A DNA stretch of 64,000 nt from NCBI GenBank assembly GCA_051866775.1, contig JBJDXR010000038.1, positions 175 through 64,174 on the forward strand, read 5' to 3'. A program made the position numbers and the translations under genes. How positions within the stretch are numbered: the first letter of the stretch is position 1; every line of letters begins with the position of its first letter. This stretch comes from Oscillospiraceae bacterium (lineage in GTDB: Bacteria; Bacillota; Clostridia; Oscillospirales; Oscillospiraceae). The notes beneath the pieces are model-generated. The model did no database searches and was not told the DNA's origin. It saw only the letters and a program-made list of their open reading frames with translations. This document shows, in pieces, positions 45,003 through 54,690 of the stretch.

Positions 45003-45922
45003 CAATGTCCTGCCGAGCTGTCCTTATCGTGGACCGCTTCGGCGTCAAATTTACCTTTCGCCTTCTCGCAATAATCCTGCAGGAAGTTAAAGAAGTCCAC
45101 CACATACCGGTTATCAGTCTTATTGAGCTTGTAGGTCACTATTATGTCCCTCGAAAAGGCAGTATCTTTTATGGGCAGCAGCAGTATCTGCCCCCCGGTC
45201 ATATCTCCCCATGTAAACTCCGGCCAGAAGCCCACCCCCATACCTGAGGCTATCATATTCTTGACCGCCGTAGGGCTGTCGCTCTCGAAAACTATGTTCG
45301 GCTTAAAAGCCATGTGCTGGCAAAGCTTATCACAGACCACGCGGAATTGCCGCTCCTCGCTCAGGCTTATAAAGTTCTCCTGCATCACATCCGTCAGCGA
45401 AATCCCGCTTCTCCCGTGGAACTTCGGAAGATCCGGTACAGCCAGAAATATCTTCTCGTTGCACACAAAGGTCTGCCCCTTCTGCTCCTCATCCACCTGA
45501 TAAAAGAGCTTTGTGGTCACATATATATCGCATATCTCCTCAGGGTAATTCTGTAAAAACTCAAATTTTATATCTGGATTCTCCTTTTTATATGCGACGA
45601 TTACCTCTGTAAGAAACGTGGACGCCGCAAGCACGTTGATGTGTATCGTCTCATTTTTCAGGTTGGCAAGACTCCTCATAGTGTCCGGCAGCTCCTCCAG
45701 CTCACGCAATATCGGCGTAAGGCGCTTTTTTAGATATCTGCCGTACTCCGAAAGCACTATGTTCCGCCCCTTCGGCAGAAAAAGCGGCACCCCCAGCTCC
45801 GCCTCCAGGTTGTGTATTGACTTGGTCAAGGATGGCTGAGCTATGTGCAGCTTCTCGGCGCTTTTCGTCATGTGCTGCTGCTCCGCCACCTCAAGAAAGT
45901 ATCTAAGCTGTGTTAGCTCCAT
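45002..45922 (-). CDS. LysR-family transcriptional regulator
   Basis: MELTQLRYFLEVAEQQHMTKSAEKLHIAQPSLTKSIHNLEAELG HTH start and a periplasmic-binding-protein-like C-domain. Confidence 0.95.
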   Translation of the reverse strand: MELTQLRYFLEVAEQQHMTKSAEKLHIAQPSLTKSIHNLEAELGVPLFLPKGRNIVLSEYGRYLKKRLTPILRELEELPDTMRSLANLKNETIHINVLAASTFLTEVIVAYKKENPDIKFEFLQNYPEEICDIYVTTKLFYQVDEEQKGQTFVCNEKIFLAVPDLPKFHGRSGISLTDVMQENFISLSEERQFRVVCDKLCQHMAFKPNIVFESDSPTAVKNMIASGMGVGFWPEFTWGDMTGGQILLLPIKDTAFSRDIIVTYKLNKTDNRYVVDFFNFLQDYCEKAKGKFDAEAVHDKDSSAGH

Positions 45923-45950
45923 ATAGCCCTCCTAATTCATAATCTTAAAG

Positions 45951-45965
45951 CTATTATTTTAATAG
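45951..45965. promoter_or_regulatory. LysR-type T-N11-A inverted repeat (CTATTA-TTT-TAATAG)
   Basis: It lies in the divergent intergenic region, 29 nt from the lysR start, and is AT-only. A TATACT -10 candidate for the + strand genes is at 46000-46005. Confidence 0.35.
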
Positions 45966-46020
45966 TTATTATATATTTTAATTATCTTCCCGTCAATGCT
46001 ATACTACAATCGAAAGGTAG

Positions 46021-46308
46021 GTGTTGACCACGAATCAGATTTTAGAAACAGCCATGCTCGTGTGCTTTGGTGTGTCATGGCCCTTTTCTCTGGTCAGGAA
46101 TATCAAGGCCCATTCCGCAAAGGCGATGAGCCTGCAGTTTACACTTCTCATAATCGCGGGTTATATTGCGGGGATAGCCGCCAAGCTCATAACGCACACC
46201 TTCAACTATGTGCTAATAGCGTATCTGCTGAATCTGGCGGTCGTCTCGGCTAATGTGGTGGTTTATTTTGTAAATCGGAAAGTAGATAAAAGGGAAGCAG
46301 CCCAATAA
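46021..46308 (+). CDS. Small 3-TM membrane protein, PQ-loop/SemiSWEET-like (tentative)
   Basis: 95 aa with three hydrophobic helices. The segment VSWPFSLVRNIKAHSAKAMSLQF occupies the position of a PQ-loop motif. The start codon is uncertain (GTG 46021, TTG 46024 or ATG 46054). Confidence 0.5.
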   Translation: MLTTNQILETAMLVCFGVSWPFSLVRNIKAHSAKAMSLQFTLLIIAGYIAGIAAKLITHTFNYVLIAYLLNLAVVSANVVVYFVNRKVDKREAAQ

Positions 46309-46323
46309 ATGAGGTGATTTTTT

Positions 46324-46875
46324 ATGAGCGGAGATAAAAAATTCAGGGAGCTTAACAGTATGGCGGATGGCCATGGGGTGGTGTTATTCGGATCCGACTT
46401 TTTGGCGGACCTTCCTGTATGCGAGCTTGCACAGAGCTTTCATATTTGGGAGCGGCTTTACAACAGGAGCGTCAAGGGTGCGGATATTGTTAAGGCCGGG
46501 GAGCTTTTGGAGGAGTGCGTCTTTGCACTGCATCCCGATAAGGTTGTGGTAAATTTCGGAGAGGAGGATATTCTCCACGCAAATTTTGATATTGACGCCT
46601 TCATGTCCCAATATGAGTGGCTGCTTTATCAGATACATTCCGGTACCTCCGCCAAAATTTGCGTCGTATCGGTTTTCTCAGAAAAGCCCGAGGCCCGTCT
46701 TATAAATGAGCGGCTCCGCAAGCTTGCCAGGGAGACAGGCTGTGAATTTGTCAGTCTCGACGCTGCATTTAAGGACTCAAACCGCGAACTGAGGGTTTTT
46801 GACCTTTTAAAGCAGCAGCTGCGCACGCACCCGCTGGGATTTGCGGACGCCATGACCGCAGTGACAGTATTGTGA
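46324..46875 (+). CDS. SGNH/GDSL-like hydrolase-fold protein (tentative)
   Basis: 183 aa. The N-terminal block VVLFGSDF sits where GDS(L) is expected, and the size and secondary-structure pattern fit an SGNH fold. Not confirmed. Confidence 0.5.
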   Translation: MSGDKKFRELNSMADGHGVVLFGSDFLADLPVCELAQSFHIWERLYNRSVKGADIVKAGELLEECVFALHPDKVVVNFGEEDILHANFDIDAFMSQYEWLLYQIHSGTSAKICVVSVFSEKPEARLINERLRKLARETGCEFVSLDAAFKDSNRELRVFDLLKQQLRTHPLGFADAMTAVTVL

Positions 46876-46928
46876 AATACATATGGTAGGCATCTGAAGG
46901 GCTTTTACTTTTCAGACAGGAAAAAAAT

Positions 46929-46957
46929 AAAGGGCAGACGAGGCCGTCTGCCCTTTT
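46929..46957. terminator. Terminator between the convergent SGNH-like and MATE genes
   Basis: AAAGGGCAGACG-AGGC-CGTCTGCCCTTT with flanking A and T tracts. Confidence 0.8.
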
Positions 46958-46962
46958 AATTT

Positions 46963-48474
46963 TTAAGCCTCCGACAGGGTGCTTTTTTCGCGCTTTGCGC
47001 CTATGCGCTTCCACCTTCCGGAGCTGTAGCGAACAGCCATGAGCAGGGTACGCAGGCACTGGTCGGCAACAAGAGCGATCCACGCGCCCCACAGGCCCCA
47101 GTCCAGAACATTCATGGCAATGGCGCAAAAACCGCTTCGCACTCCGAGAACGGTTATCATGATGACTATCGCCGTGTAACGGGTGTCGCCCGCTCCGCGA
47201 AGTCCTCCCGAGACTATGAACTGGTCCGCCTGAAACGGCTGGCTGGCCGCCAGCAGTATCAGTATCTTTCCGCCTATCTCGATGACATCCTCATTTGAGT
47301 TGTAGAGCGCCACAATGTTTTTATTTAACAGCACCATGAGCGCCATCAGCACAAAGGACACCAGGATCCCGATATTCCGCGTCTCCCGCATATAGATCTC
47401 CGCCATGTCCCGGCGGCGCTTTCCAAGGCTCTGGCCCATAAGGGTGGTGGCAGCGTTTGCAAACGCCTGACCGATCATAAAGCTCATGGCCTGAACGCTC
47501 ATACATATCTGGTGGGTGGCGTAGAGCGTCTCGCCAAGCCCGGCGACCAAGCGCGTGTAGATGATTATGCCTGCACGCATGAACAGCTGCTCCACCATAG
47601 AGGGGACGCCGATGCTTATCACGTTTGCCATAAGGCCCTTATCGAACTTGAACTTCTCTTTAAAATCCAGATATATGTACCGTTTTTTCATCAGCACAAC
47701 ACAGGAGGCGATCACAAAGGCCACGGTCTGTCCAATGATCGTTGCCCAGGCAGCACCCTCCACGCCCATTGCCGGACAGCCGAATTTTCCATATATCATC
47801 ACGTAATTCAGCATCAGGTTGACGACGTTTGCCACAGTGTTATAAATCATCGGAGTTCGGGAGTCCCCTATGCCCCGCAGTGCAGCCGTGACAGTAATGG
47901 TCATGCACATCGGTACGAAGCCGTAGAGCTGTATATCAAGGTAGCGTGTGCCGTAAGAGAGCGTCGTATCAGTAACACCTGAGGCGCTCATGAATTTTAT
48001 GAGCCACTCGGAGCTGAAAAGTCCTACGATCATAAACACGATGGACATAAACAGGTTGAGTATAAGAGCCTGCTTAAAAACCTGATTGGCCCTTTCGCGG
48101 TTTTGCTGACCGCGAAAGCGCGCTATCACCGCAGTTGCGCCCACGTTCAGCGCCTGAATAAGGGTCATGAGCAGGAACTTAGGCTGCGCCGCCAATCCAA
48201 CCGCGCTCAGCGCCATCAGCCCCTCCTCCCCCGGAAGGCGCCCGACCATCACCTGATCGGCCATACTGGTAAGCTGCGTAAGCACCAGCTCGACAAAACT
48301 CGGCCATGCAATGAGCAGCACATCTTTTAACAGCATCTTACGCGTGACACCAGGTGGCATCTGGCGTTTCCTGACCCTGCCCAGATTGTCGGCACTGTCG
48401 CCGTAGGGAAGGCTGTCAAGCGTAACGCTGACGACTTTTCCTTCTTGTTTTTTAGACATTAAACATACCTTCAT
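46963..48474 (-). CDS. MATE-family efflux transporter
   Basis: 12-TM protein with an LLKDVLLIAWPSFVELVLTQL start block after an N-terminal extension of about 45 aa. The start could be further downstream. Confidence 0.9.
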   Translation of the reverse strand: MKVCLMSKKQEGKVVSVTLDSLPYGDSADNLGRVRKRQMPPGVTRKMLLKDVLLIAWPSFVELVLTQLTSMADQVMVGRLPGEEGLMALSAVGLAAQPKFLLMTLIQALNVGATAVIARFRGQQNRERANQVFKQALILNLFMSIVFMIVGLFSSEWLIKFMSASGVTDTTLSYGTRYLDIQLYGFVPMCMTITVTAALRGIGDSRTPMIYNTVANVVNLMLNYVMIYGKFGCPAMGVEGAAWATIIGQTVAFVIASCVVLMKKRYIYLDFKEKFKFDKGLMANVISIGVPSMVEQLFMRAGIIIYTRLVAGLGETLYATHQICMSVQAMSFMIGQAFANAATTLMGQSLGKRRRDMAEIYMRETRNIGILVSFVLMALMVLLNKNIVALYNSNEDVIEIGGKILILLAASQPFQADQFIVSGGLRGAGDTRYTAIVIMITVLGVRSGFCAIAMNVLDWGLWGAWIALVADQCLRTLLMAVRYSSGRWKRIGAKREKSTLSEA

Positions 48475-48707
48475 CTGTGAAAATCACCCGCGAGGGCGTA
48501 AAGCCGTACTCTTATGATGCACGGCAAAAAAAATTCCTCCCGGCCTCCGAGAGGAAGCAAAACGAATATTACTGTATAAATTATAGCACTTTTGTAAGAA
48601 AACGCAAGTTTTGTACAGCATACCCTTGTACATTTGCTTTTATATAGCGAAAGTGGTATACTTTTTAAGCAAACGCTTTCAGCATATATACGAGGAAGAA
48701 GGTACTC

Positions 48708-50381
48708 ATGAAATACGCAAAAAAACTCATATGTACAGCACTTTCAGTTATCCTGCTGCTAAGCCTGACCTCCGGTCCGGCTCTTGCCGACGGTACTGAC
48801 GGGCCGCCGGCGTTCTCAGATCTTCCAAGCAGCGGCTGGGCAAGGGAGGCAATAACAGCCGCCTACAGCCACGGGCTGATGGAGGGCGTGGGCGACGGGT
48901 TTTTCGGGACAGGCCGGACCATCACGCGCGCCGAATTCATCACCGTCCTTGTCCGAATGTTCGGCTGGACGGCGAGCGCTTCTGAGGACAGCTTTTCAGA
49001 TATATCAGGCAGTTGGGCAAGAGACTACATAAACACCGCGGTGTCCCACGGCGTAGTCGACGCCGGCGGTAAATTCCGTCCGGCAGACGATATAACACGC
49101 CGGGAGATGGCCGTTATGCTTGTCCGTGCCCTTGGCTACGGCGACGTCGCAAAAGCAGCCGCCGACTACTCCATTCCCTTCACCGACGTGAACGACGACA
49201 GGGGTTATATAGTCGTTGCCTACGACATCGGTATGACTAACGGGACCTCCGACACCACCTTCTCTCCGGAGCGCACCTCCACCCGGGAGGAGACCGCCGC
49301 CATGCTGGTGCGCATTTATGAAAAATACATATCCTCTACTGAGTGGACCCATGCCTTTTATGCCATATCCTCCTACAGCCAGATAGAGCTGGCAAAACAG
49401 TTTGACGCGGTGAGCCTCGGCTGGAGCCGTATGGTCTATGACGGTGCCTCCGCACCGAGGCTTAACACAACCACCTCCGGCGGCAACGAGTATTACATCC
49501 CCTCCGGTTACGCCTCCGTCATAACCGAGCTTGAGGGTGCGGATGTTAAGCTCCATCTCTCTGTATACATGGATAGGACGAGTTCAATAGATGCTATGCT
49601 GTCCTCCCAAGATGCCCGCTCTCAGGCAATAAGCGCCATCATGGCTGAGCTCACACGCACTTATCCCGAGCTTGGCCGCAATCCCTACTCCGGCGTAACT
49701 ATCGACTTTGAAGGTCTGCGCAGCGCAAGCAGGGATAATTTCACCGCATTTTTATCCGAGCTTGACTCAAGGCTTGAGGAAAACGGTATGACACTTTATG
49801 TTACCGTCGCCCCTGCCACCGCAGACGGCATATATTACGACGGCTACGATTACCGCGCCATCGGAAATATTGCGGATAAAGTCATACTTATGGCTCATGA
49901 CTACGCCGCAAAAAATCTCGATGGGTTTTTAAATTCCTCCTACTATAAGAACACCGCCCTCACTCCCATAAACTCCGTCTACTACTCCCTGCGTGCCGCC
50001 TGTGACGAAACCACCGGCGTTCAGGATGTTTCCAAGCTTACGCTGGCCATTAGCCTGTCAAGCCTCGCTTGGGAGACTGACGAAAATGGACTTCTGACAA
50101 GCACATCGCCGCTTCAGCCTACTCATACAACAATTTACAAGCGTCTCACCGGCGGTGCGGTCATGGGCTGGTCGGAGTCCAGCCGCAATCCGTATCTCAC
50201 ATATGAGACCGAGAGCGGCCAGCACATCTTCCTGTGGTATGAGGATTCCCGCAGCGTGGAGGCCAAGGTATCCTTAGCCAAGCTTTTCGGAGTAAACAGC
50301 GTCTCTGTCTGGCGGCTGGGGCTTATACCGTGCTATTCCGACGAGAGCCTTTACTACAATGTCATGGACGCAGTAAAATGA
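48708..50381 (+). CDS. Cell-surface glycoside hydrolase family 18 protein with three SLH repeats
   Basis: Signal peptide, then three SLH-like repeats (FSDLPSSGWAREAI, FSDISGSWARDYI, FTDVNDDRGYI). GH18 domain with the catalytic GVTIDFEGL motif (DxE). Confidence 0.85.
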   Translation: MKYAKKLICTALSVILLLSLTSGPALADGTDGPPAFSDLPSSGWAREAITAAYSHGLMEGVGDGFFGTGRTITRAEFITVLVRMFGWTASASEDSFSDISGSWARDYINTAVSHGVVDAGGKFRPADDITRREMAVMLVRALGYGDVAKAAADYSIPFTDVNDDRGYIVVAYDIGMTNGTSDTTFSPERTSTREETAAMLVRIYEKYISSTEWTHAFYAISSYSQIELAKQFDAVSLGWSRMVYDGASAPRLNTTTSGGNEYYIPSGYASVITELEGADVKLHLSVYMDRTSSIDAMLSSQDARSQAISAIMAELTRTYPELGRNPYSGVTIDFEGLRSASRDNFTAFLSELDSRLEENGMTLYVTVAPATADGIYYDGYDYRAIGNIADKVILMAHDYAAKNLDGFLNSSYYKNTALTPINSVYYSLRAACDETTGVQDVSKLTLAISLSSLAWETDENGLLTSTSPLQPTHTTIYKRLTGGAVMGWSESSRNPYLTYETESGQHIFLWYEDSRSVEAKVSLAKLFGVNSVSVWRLGLIPCYSDESLYYNVMDAVK

Positions 50382-50473
50382 AGGATCGAAGTGCGCTTTA
50401 ATAGAGGTCTCCTTGATAACGGCTCCTGTCGGGGAACGCGGCATGGTGTCTTTGCTCCACATATAAAACTACA

Positions 50474-50514
50474 AAAGGCAGACGCATTGCAATCAGCAAT
50501 CCGCCTGCCTTTTG
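50474..50514. terminator. Long hairpin terminator between the convergent GH18 genes
   Basis: AAAGGCAGACGCATTGC-AATCA-GCAATCCGCCTGCCTTT (one mismatch) with T tracts on both strands. Confidence 0.75.
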
Positions 50515-50546
50515 TGTCTCTCGCGGCGCTTAAGTGCAGCGGCTTT

Positions 50547-51827
50547 CTATACTATCTTCCGCACACCGTAGCGGGCTGCGATATATGCCCAATTCTGGTT
50601 AAAGGGCCGCATGATGTTCCAATATCCCACGCCAAGAAGGTCAAATTCAGTTGTCAGAGCGAGCTTTGCCTCGATGCTGCGGACATCCTCAAACCACACG
50701 ATATGCTGTCTGCCGTCGGCAAAATACTCAAAGAATGGGGACTGCGCGATCTCGTCAAACTGTATGTTCGCCCCGTATCTGGCCGCCCTCTGTACGGCCC
50801 CCTGATTTCCGATGTTCTCAGCTCTTGATACCCCCTGCTCATAGGGGAGCGTCCAATCATAGCCATAGTTCGGTATACCCATCAGTATTTTATAGGGCGG
50901 TATCTCCGTCACGGCGTATTCCACCACATCCCGCACCTGATTGAGGGGCGCCACGGCCATGGGCGGCCCGAATGTATACCCCCACTCGTATGTCATCAGG
51001 AGCACGGTATCCGCAATCGTCCCGATGGCGGCGTAATCGTGTGCCTCGTATAACAGCCCCGGCTGGTTCGGATGTGTTTTCGGGGCAAGATCCACGTTCA
51101 TTGTAAAGCCGTATCTCCCCAAATACTCCGATGCCCGCCTCAGGAAGTTCTGATAGGCCTCGGCATCCTCCGGCGCTATGTACTCAAAATCCATATCCGC
51201 ACCCACGTATCCCTTTTGGGTCATGACCTCCACAAGGTGTGACAGCACCAGCTCCTGCAGAGCCTCATCATTAAAAAGCGCTGAAGCGCGCTGTGTTGAA
51301 AAGCCTCCGTTCTCGTCAATACTTGACAGCACCAGCACCGGAGCGGCGTTAAACTGATACGCCAGACTTATAAGCTCAGTATCATTTACCGGTATAAGCT
51401 CGCCGCTCTCGGTAAAACCGTAGGAAAATATCGCCAGATATGTAAGATACGGCAAGGCCCGTAAGAGCGTTTGCCGCTGTATATGCGTATAGGCGTAGCC
51501 CTTTATTGATATCTCGCGTATTTTTCCGCCCTGAAAGGTGATGGTTATCTGCTGCCCCGGACGCAGCACAGGGTCAAATATGAGGTTCGGATTATTCTGG
51601 ATAAGCTCGATCACTGTTACCCCGTACATTGCGGCGACGCCGGATAGCGTGTCGCCCCGAACCACTGTATGAACTATCGCCGGGAGCGTTATTATGAGCG
51701 CCTGACCTATTACAAGCGTCTGTCCCTCCGTAAGCCCGTTATCAAGCCTTATCCGGCTGACGGCCACGCCGTACCTGCGGGCAATAGAGCTTAATGTATC
51801 ACCGCTTCTTACAATATGTATCAGCAT
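50547..51827 (-). CDS. LysM-LysM-GH18 protein (YaaH/YdhD-like spore peptidoglycan hydrolase family)
   Basis: Two LysM repeats (HIVRSGDTLSSIARRYGV and HTVVRGDTLSGVAAMYGV). GH18 domain with YVGADMDFEY (DxE). Confidence 0.85.
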   Translation of the reverse strand: MLIHIVRSGDTLSSIARRYGVAVSRIRLDNGLTEGQTLVIGQALIITLPAIVHTVVRGDTLSGVAAMYGVTVIELIQNNPNLIFDPVLRPGQQITITFQGGKIREISIKGYAYTHIQRQTLLRALPYLTYLAIFSYGFTESGELIPVNDTELISLAYQFNAAPVLVLSSIDENGGFSTQRASALFNDEALQELVLSHLVEVMTQKGYVGADMDFEYIAPEDAEAYQNFLRRASEYLGRYGFTMNVDLAPKTHPNQPGLLYEAHDYAAIGTIADTVLLMTYEWGYTFGPPMAVAPLNQVRDVVEYAVTEIPPYKILMGIPNYGYDWTLPYEQGVSRAENIGNQGAVQRAARYGANIQFDEIAQSPFFEYFADGRQHIVWFEDVRSIEAKLALTTEFDLLGVGYWNIMRPFNQNWAYIAARYGVRKIV

Positions 51828-51897
51828 AAATTACCTCCGGAAACTTATCTTTTTCATACTATTATCCCGGAGGAGTGTTTGTGAGAATCCTAATATC

Positions 51898-51940
51898 AAA
51901 ATTCCCCCTCAGGCCATAGTATGGCTTAAGGGGGAATTTT
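51898..51940. promoter_or_regulatory. 43-nt imperfect palindrome (19 of 21 arm positions) abutting the ATG at 51941 and containing its SD
   Basis: Left arm AAAATTCCCCCTCAGGCCATA, centre G, right arm TATGGCTTAAGGGGGAATTTT. The right arm holds the GGGGGA SD and the left arm the complementary TCCCCC. Confidence 0.5.
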
Positions 51941-52429
51941 ATGTTAAGTAATAAGCCCTATGACCGCGCCGCCGCGGTGGAGTATGCCCGGCGCTGGGCG
52001 CTGTCGCGCAATCCCAGATATTACGACTTTGAAGAGATCGGCGGGGACTGCACCAATTTCGCATCACAGTGCATCTACGCAGGGGCCGGCGTCATGAATT
52101 ACACCCCGGTGACCGGCTGGTACTATATAACCGCGAACGACCGCTCCGCCTCTTGGACGGGCGTTGAGTATCTGTACGATTTTCTGATGAAAAATGAGAC
52201 CGCCGGGCCGTACGCCATTGAGGTCCCAAAGGCACAGGCCATGTCGGGTGATATTGTACAGCTGGGTACAGCCTCTGGGGATTTTTTCCACTCCCCGGTG
52301 ATCGTCGCCGTAAGGCCAGAAATACTTGTTGCCGCGCACACATACGACGCGCTTGACCGCCCGCTCGCCTCCTACATATACGACCGGGCACGGTTTCTGC
52401 ACATTGAGGGCGTTCGGTTCTGGACGTAA
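51941..52429 (+). CDS. Putative amidase-domain protein (PF12671-like, papain/NlpC-like Cys-His)
   Basis: PYDRAAAVEYARRWALSRNPRYYDFEEIGGDCTNFASQCIYAG and the later FHSPVIV match the remembered amidase_6 pattern. Confidence 0.7.
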   Translation: MLSNKPYDRAAAVEYARRWALSRNPRYYDFEEIGGDCTNFASQCIYAGAGVMNYTPVTGWYYITANDRSASWTGVEYLYDFLMKNETAGPYAIEVPKAQAMSGDIVQLGTASGDFFHSPVIVAVRPEILVAAHTYDALDRPLASYIYDRARFLHIEGVRFWT

Positions 52430-52461
52430 AAGCGAGGGGACGGCATATCCCCTCGCTTTTT
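52427..52461. terminator. Terminator between the convergent amidase and ABC ATPase genes
   Basis: AGCGAGGGGA-CGGCATA-TCCCCTCGCT flanked by AAAA and TTTTT. Confidence 0.8.
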
Positions 52462-52489
52462 ATTATACAGCGCTGACCAAAAAGTGTTT

Positions 52490-53602
52490 TTACTTTTGTG
52501 GAATAAGAAGGCTCTCGCCGCTGGCTTTATCAAATAGGTGTATCCTGTCCACATCCGGCTCAAGATGGATCACCTGACCCGGTCTTGGCGCTTCGGCCGC
52601 TCCGCCTGCGCCGAGCATCACAACGGAGATCACCTCGGTATTTCCGATAAAGCTGTGGATGTTCATGGTCCCACCGGTAAGCTCCGCCACATCCGCCGAG
52701 GCGGCTATGCCCCCGTCGGATATGTGCAGGTGCTCCGGACGTATGCCCATCACCACATCTCCCGGCGCTCTGGAGGATGCTTTCAGCTTCTCCTGTGTCT
52801 CCCGGCTAAGCTCAATGACCGTGCCATCCACGCTGATGAAGTATCTGCCATCCGTTACGTCGAGAACTGCATCTATAAAATTCATCTGGGGCGTACCGAT
52901 AAAGCCTGCGACAAACATATTCTCCGGGTGGTTATACACCTCGTTCGGGGTACCCACCTGCTTTATGTACCCCTTGTCCATGACTACGATCCTGTCTCCC
53001 AGAGTCATGGCCTCCGTCTGGTCATGGGTGACATATATAAATGTGGTGTCAAGCCTGCGGCGCAGCTTAATTATCTCAGTGCGCATCTGGTTGCGGAGCT
53101 TCGCGTCCAGATTTGAGAGCGGCTCATCCATCAAAAACACCTGCGGTTCCCGGACGATGGAGCGGCCGATAGCTACACGCTGGCGCTGGCCTCCGGAGAG
53201 CGCCTTGGGTTTGCGCTTTAAAAGCTCCGTGATGTCAAGTATCTCGGCGGCCTCAAGTACGCGCTTTTTGATCTCCTTTTTTGGCATCTTGTGCATCTTA
53301 AGGGAAAATGCAATATTGTCATATACCGTCATATGCGGGTACAGCGCATAGTTCTGGAACACCATTGAAATATCCCTGTCCTTCGGCAGGACGTCATTTA
53401 CAAGCTTGTCCCCTATGAAGATCTCCCCGCTGGTTATCTCCTCAAGTCCGGCCACCATCCTAAGGGTGGTGGATTTTCCACAGCCGGAGGGACCTACGAA
53501 AACAACAAATTCCTTGTCCGCTATGGTGAGATTGAAGTCGCAGACGGCCTCGACCTCCTTGCCATATACTTTTCTGACATTCTTAAATAAGACCTGAGCC
53601 AT
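52490..53602 (-). CDS. MalK/MsmX/UgpC-type sugar-importer ABC ATPase with C-terminal regulatory (TOBE-like) domain
   Basis: The ATG at 53602 has a GAGGTGA SD inside the end of the upstream gene. Walker [11 protein letters not shown]-loop [13 protein letters not shown], signature LSGGQRQR and Walker [12 protein letters not shown] are present. Confidence 0.9.
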   Translation of the reverse strand: MAQVLFKNVRKVYGKEVEAVCDFNLTIADKEFVVFVGPSGCGKSTTLRMVAGLEEITSGEIFIGDKLVNDVLPKDRDISMVFQNYALYPHMTVYDNIAFSLKMHKMPKKEIKKRVLEAAEILDITELLKRKPKALSGGQRQRVAIGRSIVREPQVFLMDEPLSNLDAKLRNQMRTEIIKLRRRLDTTFIYVTHDQTEAMTLGDRIVVMDKGYIKQVGTPNEVYNHPENMFVAGFIGTPQMNFIDAVLDVTDGRYFISVDGTVIELSRETQEKLKASSRAPGDVVMGIRPEHLHISDGGIAASADVAELTGGTMNIHSFIGNTEVISVVMLGAGGAAEAPRPGQVIHLEPDVDRIHLFDKASGESLLIPQK

Positions 53603-53607
53603 ACACT

Positions 53608-54666
53608 TCACCTCTTACCGCCGGATTGCCTCCGGCGCTCATAGCGCTCCTCACTGCGGCGCTCCAAATACTCCGGCACCCAGCGTTTGAGCTTTCTTGT
53701 GCCGTGCCGCGCAAGCTGCCACAGAACAACTATCGCCGTGACCGCCGGCATGATCGCAAACAGCACCGCAAACAGCAGCACCAGAGCCAAAACATCCTCG
53801 ACCAGCCGCGCGGCATTCTCCCAATATGGATATGCAACAGCGGAGTTTCTTATCGAGCGCGTGCCAAAGTCCGTTAATATACTGAATATGGATCCCAGCG
53901 AAAACCTGCTGCTGTTCTCAACCGTGTCGGCGGCGGAAAAAGCGCTCTCAAGCTCTCCCATGATGAATCCGGACACGGGATCGGCGCTGACAAGCTCATA
54001 GCAGCTTATCTTTGTCTCATTTATGGCGTTCAGCGCCGAATAGGACATAAACATCCCGGGGCCGTCGGTGTAGGTTCTTTCTGAAGCGAAGTCATCCTCG
54101 CGGGAGACCACGCCGGCGATTATGTAGGGCTTGCCGCCGATGGTGACCTGCATTCCCGCCAGATCCATACCTCCGAAAAGCCGCCACGCCAACTCCTCAT
54201 CAAGGATCACCCTATCCTGCATCAGGTCAGAGCCTGATATATAGCTTCCGGAGCGGAGCCTCAAGGGATGGAACTGAAAAAAGTCACCGCCTACGCCGAT
54301 AACCTTCACATCCGCACTGCCCTTCTCCCCGGTGACGGAAAGCTGGCCCGAGGCGCTGTAGGCGTCGATATATAAGCTTCCTCCCTCCGGTGCCTCGAGG
54401 GACGCCTCAATAAGCTTTGCGTCTAAGCTCGTCTCAAAGCCGTATACCTTCTCCTCGTCGATACCCTCGCCCGCAGGAAAGAAAGCCGTCACCTGAGAAA
54501 AGCGAAGCTCACTCTCCCCCTTAAAGCGCTCAGCGGTATTCTGAGCTTCCAGCGTATCTCCGAGCTTAAAGAACAGGATAAAGCAAACGGCAGAAAGGAT
54601 AGTAAGTACGCCGAAAACAATCAAAAGCTTTATTTGATTTTTCTTAAATTTTAAGGCATTTTTCAA
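53608..54666 (-). CDS. Two-TM protein consisting of a MacB-type periplasmic core domain (no FtsX helical bundle)
   Basis: TM1 ([20 protein letters not shown]), then an extracytoplasmic region of about 250 aa with [38 protein letters not shown] single C-terminal TM is followed by a basic tail. The stop lies 6 nt before the ATPase start. Confidence 0.6.
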   Translation of the reverse strand: MKNALKFKKNQIKLLIVFGVLTILSAVCFILFFKLGDTLEAQNTAERFKGESELRFSQVTAFFPAGEGIDEEKVYGFETSLDAKLIEASLEAPEGGSLYIDAYSASGQLSVTGEKGSADVKVIGVGGDFFQFHPLRLRSGSYISGSDLMQDRVILDEELAWRLFGGMDLAGMQVTIGGKPYIIAGVVSREDDFASERTYTDGPGMFMSYSALNAINETKISCYELVSADPVSGFIMGELESAFSAADTVENSSRFSLGSIFSILTDFGTRSIRNSAVAYPYWENAARLVEDVLALVLLFAVLFAIMPAVTAIVVLWQLARHGTRKLKRWVPEYLERRSEERYERRRQSGGKR

Positions 54667-54690
54667 GCTGTTTCAAACCCTTTCGCGGAT

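Noticed and set aside
44921-45090. Small ORF MSRSNKHRKNGLIIVAAAGQ... behind an AAGGAGAG sequence just after the histidine kinase gene.
   Set aside because: It runs through the shared terminator hairpin and then antisense into the LysR gene. Its composition is not protein-like beyond the first 20 or so codons.
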